Source of the DNA: Candidatus Poribacteria bacterium
Lineage (GTDB): Bacteria > Poribacteria > WGA-4E > WGA-3G
DNA: 64,000 bases
NCBI GenBank assembly: GCA_965242965.1
Contig: OZ251518.1
Span: 3,968,001-4,032,000, forward strand
Reading direction: 5' to 3'
The notes under the pieces were generated by a model, which did not search any database, was not told where the DNA came from, and worked only from the letters and a program-made list of their open reading frames with translations. Within the stretch, counting starts at the first letter, position 1; the number at the start of each line of letters is the position of its first letter. Shown here in pieces: positions 20,151 through 30,449 of the stretch. The position numbers and the translations under genes were made by a program.

Positions 20151-21071
20151 CTAAAAACCTAACCGTTTTACCTCAGTTTGGAGAGATACCCCAGTCTTCG
20201 ACTTTACCTGTCGTTGGATATGCGCGACGAGACTGAGCACATCCGCCGCTGACGCGCTGTCAATATTGAGGATGAAATTCCCGTGAACCGTTGATACCTC
20301 CGCACCGCCGATGCGGTGGCCTTTCAAACCGCACGCGTCAATCAGCCTTCCTGCCGAATCGCCAGATGGGTTTTTGAACATGCACCCTGCATTCTCTTCG
20401 GCGAAGGGTTGCGTCGCGACTTTCTGTTTGTAAAAGGTTTGCATCCGTTCGGTTATCGTCTCAGCATCGCCGGGTTCGAGGGAGAGCGTCGCGCCTGTCA
20501 CACAGAAATAGTCGCCGAGAATGCTGTGTCGGTATTCAAAGCGGGCTTCGGCGTGAGAGAGTTCGGCGAGCGCGCCGGTATCGTGCATGACGGTGACGTT
20601 GGTGACGACATCACCGAAACTGCTGCCCCATGCACCTGCGTTCATAATGAGCGCGCCGCCGACAGAACCGGGGATGCCAAGCGCGAATTCAACGCCGCTC
20701 AACCCGCGCCGGGACATCGATTTTGAGAGCCGCGGCAGCGATACACCCGCTCCGACTGTGACAATGTTTCCATCAATCGTCAATTGCGCGAGCTCCCCGA
20801 TGAGTCGGATGGCGATGCCGCTGAAGCCCGCGTCACTCACGAGCAGATTTGAACCGCGCCCGATGATTGCAACAGGGATGTCCCACTGCTGGTGAAAGCG
20901 TGCGATGGATGCCAATTCTGTGAGTGTGCTGACTTCAAAGTAAGCCGCCGCTTCACCGCCGATGCCGAAGTGCGTGTGCTTGGATAACGGTTCGCCAAAT
21001 CGGAGTCGTGAGTTTGGGCTTTGGACGATGTTTGCGAGTGCTTCTTGCCAATTTTGGGTGATGTTTTCCAT
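20151..21071 (-). CDS. murB: UDP-N-acetylmuramate dehydrogenase
   Basis: 'HTHFGIGG.A', 'GRGSNLLV.D', 'IPGSVGGA..MNAGA', 'YRHS', 'GC.FKNP', 'HGNFI.N', 'L.TEV'. Confidence 0.95.
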   Translation of the reverse strand: MENITQNWQEALANIVQSPNSRLRFGEPLSKHTHFGIGGEAAAYFEVSTLTELASIARFHQQWDIPVAIIGRGSNLLVSDAGFSGIAIRLIGELAQLTIDGNIVTVGAGVSLPRLSKSMSRRGLSGVEFALGIPGSVGGALIMNAGAWGSSFGDVVTNVTVMHDTGALAELSHAEARFEYRHSILGDYFCVTGATLSLEPGDAETITERMQTFYKQKVATQPFAEENAGCMFKNPSGDSAGRLIDACGLKGHRIGGAEVSTVHGNFILNIDSASAADVLSLVAHIQRQVKSKTGVSLQTEVKRLGF

Positions 21072-21108
21072 GGGAATGTCTATTGTCTCCTTTTTTTTGT
21101 TGTTTATT

Positions 21109-21922
21109 GAGGGTGTTTCATAAATCAATCAACGCCGCGGTGCAAAGAACGGTTGGTGTTACCGTAGGGCGAGGGCCTGTCCCTCGCCATCGTTTTGCTA
21201 TCAGAGTGCCTCACCCCTGTAGGTCAAGATCGCCTGATCTTGACCCGTTCGGGAGCAGGCGCTCCCGAACTACAGTGGTGGGCCCGATGCCTCCCCGGTA
21301 GGAGAGACCTCCCGGTCTCGATTTTCAACATATCGGGACAAGGATGTCCCTCCTACCCGAACCGATGCCTCCCCGGTAGGAGAGACCTCCTGGTCTCAAT
21401 GCTCCCTAGTCTCATACCCCCGCGCTACGGTGAAAAAAACGTTTTTCGTTTTCTTCAGGTCCTTTAGGTCCTGAATGTCTATAGCATGCGGCGATCTGAA
21501 GAGCTCTAAGGTCCTTTAGGTCCTTAATGTGTTTTGCGGTGCGGCGTGTTTTTTTTATTAAGGACCTAAAGGACCTTGATAGAGGTCTCCACGTTTTTCT
21601 ATAGACATGTAGGTCCTAAAGGACCTAAGAGCGGCTTCTTGACACCGACGATCGCGGGGGACAGGCCCCCGCGCTACGTTGAAAATGACGGTTTTCGTTC
21701 CCGTAGGGCTTGGGCCCTCGGATGCCACACGCGCATCCGAGCGGGTGTCCCTCGCCATCGTTCAGCTATCAGAACGCGTCCCCTCTGTAGTTCAGGAGCG
21801 CCTGCTCCTGACCCGTTCGGGAGCGGGTGCTCCCGAACTACAGTGGTGGGCCCGATGCCTTCTGCATCGAGACCAGGATGTCCCTCCTACCGGGATGCCA
21901 TCGAAATATAAAACCCCCCTTC
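21109..21922. mobile_element. Composite MITE-like REP array with both ends (right end degenerate)
   Basis: Left GAGGGTGTTTCATA, right TATAAAACCCCCCTTC; flanks TGTTTATT / AGTTCATT (6 of 8 match). Confidence 0.7.
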
Positions 21923-22149
21923 AGTTCATTATAGCATAGCCTTTATGTCCAAGTCAAACGAAAAATATCCTGATGCCAGAACCATTGACAAGCGACAGCA
22001 TTCAAAAAAACGAACCTTTTCATAATAGCATTGTCTAAAAAAACGAAACCTAAATAGCTCTGGCACTTGATGCCAAGCAACAGAACGCTAGCACGGGAAA
22101 CAGGAATGACGCTCCCCGCAGCGTTCATAACAATTAAGGAGAAAAGAAA

Positions 22150-22644
22150 ATGAAGCAGAAATGGTTGGCACTCAGCGCGATTGCTGTCATCGCAGTCGTC
22201 GGTATGTTTGTCTTTGACTTCGCTACTTCGGCACAGCGGCCGGAACGCGGCGAACGCGGCGGACGCGGTGAACGCGGCGGACGCAGCATGATGAATCCCA
22301 CCTCCCTCGTTGATAACTCTTGGACAGACTTGACGTTCATCCTGAAGGTGGACGACGAAACGCTCGTGAAGGCGCGGCCCATCTATCAGGACACCCGCGA
22401 TAAATTTGAAGCGGAGTTCAAGAAGTTACAGGCATCCGGTGACCCGCGGGAGATGCAGCGAGGCATGATGGCCATCGCTGGAAAAGTCGGTGCCGAATTC
22501 CAGGCGGCTCTCAAAGAGGTTTTGTCAGAGGAACAACTGATGAAGCTTAACGCTTTGACGAAGAAACGCCAGACCGAGTTGGCGCAACGTATGAATCGCT
22601 GGGGTGGCGGTAATCGTCGAGGCGGTGGTGGCGGTAGCCGTTAA
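22150..22644 (+). CDS. Secreted alpha-helical protein with GERG low-complexity repeats (Spy/CpxP-like)
   Basis: Signal peptide; 'LKEVLSEEQ' resembles the LTxxQ motif; RBS AAGGAG. Confidence 0.65.
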   Translation: MKQKWLALSAIAVIAVVGMFVFDFATSAQRPERGERGGRGERGGRSMMNPTSLVDNSWTDLTFILKVDDETLVKARPIYQDTRDKFEAEFKKLQASGDPREMQRGMMAIAGKVGAEFQAALKEVLSEEQLMKLNALTKKRQTELAQRMNRWGGGNRRGGGGGSR

Positions 22645-22677
22645 TTTCGTTGCTAGGGCGGGTATTGTTTAACCGGG

Positions 22678-23332
22678 CGATCGCGAGGGACAGGCCCTCG
22701 CGCTACGGTTGTCCAGGCCGCCTCCCTTTATCGTAGGGCGAGGGCCTGTCCCTCGCCATCGTTCTACGATAAAAAACGCCGTCCCTTCACGTAGGGCGAG
22801 GGCCTGTCCCTCGCCATCGTTCGGTTGTCAGAGCGCGTCCCCTCTGTAGTTCAGGAGCGCCTGCTCCTGATCCGTTCGGGAGCGGGCGCTCCCGAACTAC
22901 GATAAAAACGCCCTCCCTTCAACGCTCGCGGGGGACAGGCCCCCGCGCTACGATGAACAAAAACGCCGTCCCTTCACCGTAGGGCTTGGGCCCTCGGATG
23001 CCACACGCGCATGCGAGCGGGTTTCCCTCGCCATCGTTCGGTTGTCAAAGCGCGTCCCCTCTGTAGTTCAGGAGCGCCTGCTCCTGATCCGTTCGGGAGC
23101 GGGCGCTCCCGAACTACGATAAAAAACGCCGTCCCTTCAACGCTCGCGGGGGACAGGCCCCCGCGCTACGGTGGAGGGAGAGGGTTCGGTTCAACAACGC
23201 TCGCGGGGGACAGGCCCCCGCGCTACGGTTGTCCAGGCCGCCTCCCTTTACCGTAGGGCGAGGGCCTGTCCCTCGCCGTGCTGCGGTCTACCGAACGATC
23301 GCGGGGGACAGGCCCCCGCGCTACGGTGAAGG
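22678..23332. repeat. REP-like array downstream of the R-M gene, with internal duplication
   Basis: About 10 A-family hairpins; block 22809-22950 repeated at 23025-23170. Confidence 0.88.
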
Positions 23333-23339
23333 GAAAGAC

Positions 23340-26300
23340 TCACGGTAAATAGATACCCGCGCGAGCCAACTCAACCCGCATATCCGACAATGCACGCGAC
23401 TCCATAACGTCATCATAGGCGTAAGGGATACCAGAGCGCGCCGCCTTCCGCCGATCTTCCGCATAACAACAACGCGCCTTCTTCGTGCCCGAAATGCTCG
23501 GCTCAATAGACAGCAATTCACGCAAAGACTGCATCGCCCGATGAATCGCCGCATCCGTAATACCAAGCACCTCCGACAGCAACCGCGCATCAAGGATATG
23601 CCGCCAAGCATCATCCGCGCACTCGTTGTAAGGCTTCAGCCGATAGCCCTTCAAATCGGATAGCACCCGCTCCGCCGCTCCCAACTGCGTATCGGATAAC
23701 TGACGGACATCCAGCGTCGGAACATTCGGTAACGTTGTTGGAGTTAATGCACCACGTCCTGGCTGTTGCTTGCCCGCTGTCGTCCAGTGACATAGCATAC
23801 CGAACGTTGAATTTGTCCACAGCGTCCACGCCGCTTCGTAACGAACGTCTTCCAACTTCACATTGGTAACAAAACTAACCCCTAACGCTGGAACCTCGGT
23901 CCAATGCGCCAACACCGAATTGGCGTTGAATCCCAGATACATGTGATAATGCGTTCGGCTGTTGTGCTGACGCAAAATCCCGTGCGCCTTTTCGACGTTC
24001 TGCGGCTTAACCTGTGCCTTCTGATCTGGCACGACTTGCATCGAACGTTGCGGCGTTATATATTTAAGCTGCCACAGGGCATCGTATCCTTCTTGCACGT
24101 TGGATTCGCGCCGGTGCATCTCAAAGGCACCACGTTTGCCCTTCTGCTTAATATCATTATGACATGCGCCGACTTTTCCAATCTCACCCAACGGACAGAT
24201 TGGGATGTCAATCGCGTCTATCAGTTCGGGTAACCGCAATTTCCCTTGACGCAGTTGGTAGGCGATTTGCATTAACGACATGGACTTCACACGGGATGCG
24301 CCCCATTCGCCTGCACCGATGGGACATTCTAACACCTGCGCCATGCCGACATCGCCAACCTTAATAGCATCACCGCCGAGTGCTTCGTCTTCCAACTGCC
24401 GTGCGATAGGCTGACGATGGAGGATTTCGGCTAATGCTTGTGCGGCGAGGGTGCTATCGGGACGTTGGGATAGACAGACGAATGTCGCTCTCCCCGTGTT
24501 TTTCGCCACGCCCTTGTCGGCGATTACCATGCATTCCGCCATGCTCGTTTCGGCTGAAAACGCGCTGTCGTATCCGCTCTTTTGGGCGATTGTGACTACC
24601 ATGACGTTGTGGTATTCTGTCGCCCACATCTCACGCACCTTCTTAAACGAATCAACCGTTAAAGCCGTCGCCGGCAGAATGATGCCCATGCGCCCACCGT
24701 CACGTAATTTCAAATCTGCGAGTTCGACGAAATATGAATACGCAACCTTGCCATGAGAGACTCGGCTCTCCTTTGAGGCGAGTTCTTTCAACATCGCTTT
24801 CTGTTCAGCATCGCTGCGTCCTTCCGACGCAAATACGCGCTTCGGATCTCTGGTATTAGGATCGGCACTAGAGGTTAAAAACGGCGGATTTTGGATGACG
24901 ATGTCCATCTCACCCTCGCCAAACTCACGTTTCAACTCCGCTGTTGCATCGCTGTCGCCTGCCAACTGTTCTCCCTCAGACTCCATCGTCGGGAACAGCA
25001 GTTGGTTATCCAGTAATTCCAACGAACCGGTTTTGTAAACGCCTTCCTCTGTCTCACCGTGAGGGGCGGTGATAACCCGCGTTGCGCCCAGCGTTACTTC
25101 CGGGTGCGCGCTCGCCATTGCGGCGAAGGTGAGGTGAGTGCAGTGGGAGTAGATGTCCGCGCCTGCCAGATTGTTTTCGAGCATTTCGCGATGGATGACG
25201 ATGCTGTTCTCGCCGGTTCGTTCTTCATATAGCCGTTGGATGCGCTTATACACGCCGTTGAGCAACGCGCCTGTCCCGCATGCGAAATCTGCCACTTTCG
25301 GTAACCGTCCATCGTCTGGGAGGTTTGGACAGACCAGCGCCGATAGCAGGGTTGCGCTCGTTGGCAGCGTGTAATTCGCCTTCACGTATTTCCTGTCTAT
25401 CAGCAGGCTTTGGAACACTTCACCGGCGAGTTCGTGGATCTGGGGGAGGTGCGATTCGACGAGTGTGCATGCGGCATCGCAAAGTTGCGCTAGCACGTTG
25501 TTCGCCATCGCTTCGTCGTATATGAACGCCTCGCACAGCATCCGGCGCGCGTCCTTGAAAATCGGTTGGTAGTTCACCTTGAGGATCGCCGCCCAATCTT
25601 GAACTACCTCTGTCAACTTGATGCCGTTTATCTTGTAGTAAGCCGGCGGCCGCACCGATTCCATGCGCGGTTTGCCGGCGACGGCATGCTGGAAGACAAA
25701 GGCATTCGTGATAATAAGGCATGCCATCCGGGCGGTCTGCTCGCAGTAATCCTGCTCCAAGATGTTATCTAATTTGTCGCCGATGATGGCATTGGTTTCC
25801 GTTGCATCGTGCAGCCATTTCGCCGCGACCTGGATTTCTTCCTCCATTTTCTCGGATGCTTCGGCGATGTGTTGGCTTGGCACCGCGCCGACTTTCAGTG
25901 CGTTTGCGACATCGGCGAGGGTGCCGCGGGCATAGCCGACGCTGGGGAATTCGTAGTATTCGCCGCTGCTTTCGCCGATGAGCATGGACTCGATGTCATC
26001 TGCTGCGCGTAGTGCCGCCGTTATCTCCGCGCCCGGTTTTTCCTGAAGGCGTGTAGGGTATCGGACTACCATCGCCGATTTCAGTTTCAGGCTCGCGCCG
26101 ACGAATTCGGGGAGGAGGGTGCGTCCCAGGTATCGTTCGCGTACCTGAGTTACGCCGTTGCGCGCTTTGGAATCGCTCCATTTCGCTTCGATGGCGACGG
26201 TTTCGTGTCCGCGTCGCATCGCTATGATGTCGGGTTGACGGAGGCTTCCTTTTAGCGGTTTTTGTTGTTCTTCAAATTTCCATTCTGGGCACATATCCCG

Positions 26301-26351
26301 TAATAGTGGGACGATTTGGCTTGTTACTGGGTTTTCGGTCTGTTTTGCCAT
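23340..26351 (-). CDS. Fused endonuclease/N6-adenine methyltransferase (type IIG-like restriction-modification protein)
   Basis: N-terminal PD..(D/E)xK 'QPDII...IEAK'; SAM motif I 'DFACGTG'; motif IV 'NPPF'; long C-terminal TRD-like region; start MAKQTEN with RBS AAGGA. Confidence 0.8.
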   Translation of the reverse strand: MAKQTENPVTSQIVPLLRDMCPEWKFEEQQKPLKGSLRQPDIIAMRRGHETVAIEAKWSDSKARNGVTQVRERYLGRTLLPEFVGASLKLKSAMVVRYPTRLQEKPGAEITAALRAADDIESMLIGESSGEYYEFPSVGYARGTLADVANALKVGAVPSQHIAEASEKMEEEIQVAAKWLHDATETNAIIGDKLDNILEQDYCEQTARMACLIITNAFVFQHAVAGKPRMESVRPPAYYKINGIKLTEVVQDWAAILKVNYQPIFKDARRMLCEAFIYDEAMANNVLAQLCDAACTLVESHLPQIHELAGEVFQSLLIDRKYVKANYTLPTSATLLSALVCPNLPDDGRLPKVADFACGTGALLNGVYKRIQRLYEERTGENSIVIHREMLENNLAGADIYSHCTHLTFAAMASAHPEVTLGATRVITAPHGETEEGVYKTGSLELLDNQLLFPTMESEGEQLAGDSDATAELKREFGEGEMDIVIQNPPFLTSSADPNTRDPKRVFASEGRSDAEQKAMLKELASKESRVSHGKVAYSYFVELADLKLRDGGRMGIILPATALTVDSFKKVREMWATEYHNVMVVTIAQKSGYDSAFSAETSMAECMVIADKGVAKNTGRATFVCLSQRPDSTLAAQALAEILHRQPIARQLEDEALGGDAIKVGDVGMAQVLECPIGAGEWGASRVKSMSLMQIAYQLRQGKLRLPELIDAIDIPICPLGEIGKVGACHNDIKQKGKRGAFEMHRRESNVQEGYDALWQLKYITPQRSMQVVPDQKAQVKPQNVEKAHGILRQHNSRTHYHMYLGFNANSVLAHWTEVPALGVSFVTNVKLEDVRYEAAWTLWTNSTFGMLCHWTTAGKQQPGRGALTPTTLPNVPTLDVRQLSDTQLGAAERVLSDLKGYRLKPYNECADDAWRHILDARLLSEVLGITDAAIHRAMQSLRELLSIEPSISGTKKARCCYAEDRRKAARSGIPYAYDDVMESRALSDMRVELARAGIYLP

Positions 26352-26409
26352 GTTGATGTTTCCTTTTTGTTTCCGAGTTTCGTAGTTTTTCTGGCAGAGT
26401 GCACCACCT

Positions 26410-27475
26410 CTGTAGGTCAAGAGCGCCTGCTCTTGACCCGTTCGGGAGCAGGCGCTCCCGAACTACAGAGGTTACGAACCGTCTCCCTTTACCGTAGTGC
26501 GGGGGCCTGTCCCCCGCGATGCTCGCGCGCCAGGCCCGTAGGTCAAGAGCGCCTGCTCTTGACCCGTTCGGGAGCAGGCGCTCCCGAACTACAGAGTTGG
26601 GCCCGATGCCTTTTCGTAGTGCGGGGGCCTGTCCCCCGCAATGTTACGAATGTGAAGATTCTGCTTTGGCCTGCAGGTCGGCGAGGGACAGGCCCTCGCG
26701 CTACGTTTTTCCGGCAGAGTGCCTCACCTCTGTAGGTCAAGAGCGCCTGCTCTTGACCCGTTCGGGAGCAGGCGCTCCCGAACTACAGAGTTGGGCCCGA
26801 TGCCTTATCGTTTGGGCACTCCGACGATCGCGGGGGACAGGCCCCCGCGCTACGATAAAAAACGCTGCCTCTTGACACCGACGATCGCGGGGGACAGGCC
26901 CCCGCGCTACGATAAAAAACGCCTCCGCTTCACGTAGGGCGAGGGCCTGTCCCTCGCCATCGTTTCGTGCACCCGAACATTCGCGGGGGACAGGCCCTCG
27001 CGATGTGAAAAAAAACGCCGCCCCAACCGTAGGGCGCGGGCCTGTCCCGCGCCATCGTTCGTGGCCCCCAACGATCGCGAGGGACAGGCCCTCGCCCTAC
27101 GGTGAAGGGAGCGGGTTTCGATCCAACGAGAACGAGGGATAGGCCCTCGCGCTACGGTGAAAAAAAGCGGCCTCTTGACACCGACGCTCGCGGGGGACAG
27201 GCCCCCGCGCTACGGTGAAGGGAACGGTTTCGATTCAACGATCGCGAGGGACAGGCCCTCGCGCTACGGTGAAGGGAGCGGGTTTCAATTCAACGCTCGC
27301 GGGGGACAGGCCCCCGCGCTACGGTGAAGGGAGCGGGTTTCAATTCAACGCTCGCGGGGGACAGGCCCCCGCGCTACGATGAAAAAAAACGCCTCCCCAG
27401 CCGTAGGGCGCGGGCCTGTCCTGCGCCATCGTTCGGGTACCCCAATATTCGCGGGGGACAGCCCCCGCGCTACGG
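26410..27475. repeat. Largest REP-like array in the window (about 1.07 kb)
   Basis: Three GTAGGTCAAGAGCGCCTGCTCTTGACCCGTTCGGGAGCAGGCGCTCCCGAACTACAG doublets and more than 15 A-family hairpins. Confidence 0.9.
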
Positions 27476-27506
27476 GCCTGGAAAAACGCCATCCCCCAAA
27501 CGTTTT

Positions 27507-29771
27507 TCAATTCTTCAACGCCTCCACCCAGTGCAAAATTTCTTCCCGATTGCGGACATCGTTGCGGGCCAAGGCGGTTCCCGTTTCAATCAAAAGCGCA
27601 TGGAGAGACTCGCGTTTGCCTTTCAATGCTAATGCATATTTTTCCTTCGCCGCGTCTAACTGCTTCCGGTGCATCAAACAGATTGCCGCGGTGCACCGCA
27701 CCCGAACGAGGATATCCGCGTCCGATTTGTCAGAACGCCGAGCTAACTGCGATTCCAACGATAGCAGATTCCAGAAGGCAGGCATATTGAGCCGGTCGCG
27801 TTGGAAAACCTGCTCAAATCCTGTCAACGCCTTCGTGAATTCGCCTTGCATCAAATAGAGATAGGCGATGGTATTGTCAATGTGAACATCCCTGTCGGCT
27901 TTCGGAATCGCCTCGAATTCGGTGAGGGCGGCGGCGTATTTCCGCTGCTGCATGCGTTCGTTGCCGCGTCGGATGTGCAGGTTCATCAGTTCGGCTTTCG
28001 CCTGTGGATTCTGCGGTTCTTGCGCCAGCACACGCGCGAGTTCTGCATCGGCGCGTTTGTCATCGCCCGCGCCTTGATACGCCTGCACGAGACTGAGACG
28101 GAGATTCAGGTCTTCCGGAACAATGCGGAGTGCCGCTGTCAAATGTTGGATGGCTGCATCGTAACGTTCCTGCTGGATGAGACTTCGGGCATAGTGATGA
28201 TAGGCGGCGATGAGGTTATGTTGCACCCATTCGGCGTTCGGCGTGGCGTTGTAAACCTTCTGAAACGCCGCCAGTGCCGCCGCATAATCACCTTTTTTGA
28301 GATAGAGTTCGCCAAGCAGGCTATGTCCCTGCGTATCGTTCGGCTGGAGTTTCACCACCTCTTGATACGCCGCAATCGCCGCGTCCACCTTCCCTGTCTC
28401 CCGATAGACATGTCCCTTTTGCGAGTATGCATCGATGAGATTCTTGCGCGCGATGTCAAACGTCGGCAGCACCTCCAAAGCGTTCCGATATGCATCGATG
28501 GCCGCGTCCCACAGTTTTCGGTTTCTCAGCGCGACACCGAAGTTGTTATAGCACTGCGCCAGGGCGCGCTGCATCACCGCGTCGACAGGGTTCATCTCCC
28601 GTGCCTTCAGGTAATAGCCGATTGCCTTTTCATACTCGCCGACCTGCGCGTAGCCGTTGCCCATCAGTTGATACGTGGGGGCATCGAGGGGTTTGAGCCG
28701 CAGTGCCTTCTCAAACGCCGCCGTCGCAGTGTCAAAGTCCCTGTCCGCCAACGCTTTGAACGCCTTTTCGCGTAGGAGTTGATGCAAGTTTCGCCTTGCG
28801 GCTTTATGATGCGGTTCAATGTCCAATGCGTTCTCAAACGCAAGCATTGCGCGCTCGTTCTCCTTTTGCTCGTAATAGAAAATGCCGAGGGTGTTATAGT
28901 CTGCCGGCGACGGTTTTAGCGTAATCCGTTTCTTAAGCAGTTCGATCGCTTCAAAAACCTGTCCCGTTTTTTGATAGGCTTGCACCAATTTCTCTATCGC
29001 CGGGCGGAAGTTGGGATTAAGGCGGCGACATGTCTGGAAGCAGTCAATCGCCGCTGCGATATTGCCTTTATCGAAGTAGACAGTGCCTAGCAGATAATGC
29101 GTTCGTAAATTCCTCGGCTTCCGCAAGATTTCTTCTTTCAGCAGTTTCATCGCGATGTCGTGCTGCGGCGTATCCAGCGGCGTGTTATAGAGTCTCAGCA
29201 ACGTTGCGATGTCACGTTCGGTAGGCTGCTGCGCTGTCGCCGTCGGATAGTTGATGTCGGCGGGGTGTGGGCTGTGTCCCCAGAGTCCGAGGGCGTGTCC
29301 AAATTCGTGGAGACAGACGGTGCGCATCTCTTCCTGCGTCAGTTCCCCGATAGAGCCATCTCCCTCTAACATCAGGATAACCTCCACCTTAAACCCTTGA
29401 GTGGCGTTCAGGCGTGTCAGTTCCGCGCTTCCGAGCCGCGTATCCTGAATGTCCATGAGGCTGCTATGTCCCCAGCTGACGCGGATGTCCGCCTGTTCTG
29501 GGGTTTCTGTTTCTTCAAAACGGATGGTTTCAGGTGCGGCGTTTTCCCATTCGTCCATGGCGTATCGGAGTTCGGGGAGATAGGGGCTCTCCAACAAAAT
29601 CGGCGAGATGTAGACACGGATGGGCATCTCCGTGAAGCGCGTAATTCTGCCATCAGAGAAGAGCGTGATGTGGTCGAAATAGTCTGTTTCTGGCGCGGCG
29701 AAGGTTGAACCTGCCGCTGCTATCGCGATGAGGGTAATGGTGAGCATGCTGGTTAGGGTTTTTAGGGACAT
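27507..29771 (-). CDS. Secreted matrixin-like (M10) zinc metalloprotease with long TPR array
   Basis: Signal peptide; 'HEFGHALGLWGHS', 'ERDIATL..LY'; more than 12 TPR units. Confidence 0.85.
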   Translation of the reverse strand: MSLKTLTSMLTITLIAIAAAGSTFAAPETDYFDHITLFSDGRITRFTEMPIRVYISPILLESPYLPELRYAMDEWENAAPETIRFEETETPEQADIRVSWGHSSLMDIQDTRLGSAELTRLNATQGFKVEVILMLEGDGSIGELTQEEMRTVCLHEFGHALGLWGHSPHPADINYPTATAQQPTERDIATLLRLYNTPLDTPQHDIAMKLLKEEILRKPRNLRTHYLLGTVYFDKGNIAAAIDCFQTCRRLNPNFRPAIEKLVQAYQKTGQVFEAIELLKKRITLKPSPADYNTLGIFYYEQKENERAMLAFENALDIEPHHKAARRNLHQLLREKAFKALADRDFDTATAAFEKALRLKPLDAPTYQLMGNGYAQVGEYEKAIGYYLKAREMNPVDAVMQRALAQCYNNFGVALRNRKLWDAAIDAYRNALEVLPTFDIARKNLIDAYSQKGHVYRETGKVDAAIAAYQEVVKLQPNDTQGHSLLGELYLKKGDYAAALAAFQKVYNATPNAEWVQHNLIAAYHHYARSLIQQERYDAAIQHLTAALRIVPEDLNLRLSLVQAYQGAGDDKRADAELARVLAQEPQNPQAKAELMNLHIRRGNERMQQRKYAAALTEFEAIPKADRDVHIDNTIAYLYLMQGEFTKALTGFEQVFQRDRLNMPAFWNLLSLESQLARRSDKSDADILVRVRCTAAICLMHRKQLDAAKEKYALALKGKRESLHALLIETGTALARNDVRNREEILHWVEALKN

Positions 29772-29848
29772 AAGGTTGTCTCCGTTATTGTATTGTGATG
29801 AGAGAGTTTAACATATTGCGCGTTAAAAAGTCTTGATTTCTTTCTTCG

Positions 29849-30343
29849 GGTAGGAGAGACCTCCTGGTCTCGATGCAATGGGGCGGCGGCGGCAGAAAGC
29901 CCCTTCATCGTAGGGCGAGGGCCCTCGGATGCCACACGCGCATGCGAGCGGGTTTCCCTCGCCATGCTGCGATCGCGGGGGACAGGCCCCCGCGCTACGG
30001 TGAAAAAAACGGTTCCCTTCACCGTAGGGCGAGGGCCTGTCCCTCGCCATCGTTTTGCTGCCAGACCCCTTCACACACATCGTGACGATGGAGTTCGCGG
30101 GGGACAGGCCCCCGCGCTACGATGGAAAAAACATGCCGATTACCGTAGGGCGAGGGCCTGTCCCTCGCCATCGTTTTGCTGCCAGAACCCTTCACCTCTG
30201 TAGGTCAGGATCGCCCGATCCTGACCCGTTCGGGATTAGGCGATCCCGAACTACAGCGGTGGGCCCGATGCCTTCCGGTAGGAGAAACATCAAGACAAGG
30301 AAGTCTCTCCTATCGGGAAGGCATTGATATATGAAACATCCTC
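29849..30343. repeat. Composite REP array with right TIR, bracketed by a 22-bp direct repeat
   Basis: TATGAAACATCCTC 30330-30343; TAACATATTGCGCGTTAAAAAG at 29809-29830 and 30353-30374. Confidence 0.88.
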
Positions 30344-30449
30344 AATAAAGTCTAACATATTGCGCGTTAAAAAGCAAGGGCATTTTCATCTTCGATTTTG
30401 GAAATGCAATTGTCTATAAGCAGATTAGAAGGTGTCAAGGCGTTAAGAT

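Noticed and set aside
23340-26351. BREX/DISARM or type I R-M system
   Set aside because: No pglZ, brxC, helicase, hsdS or hsdR neighbours
26410-27475. CRISPR array interpretation of the repeat arrays (also 43273-43427 and 47654-47880)
   Set aside because: Repeats occur in both orientations with irregular spacing, the intervening sequences are themselves repeated, and there are no cas genes
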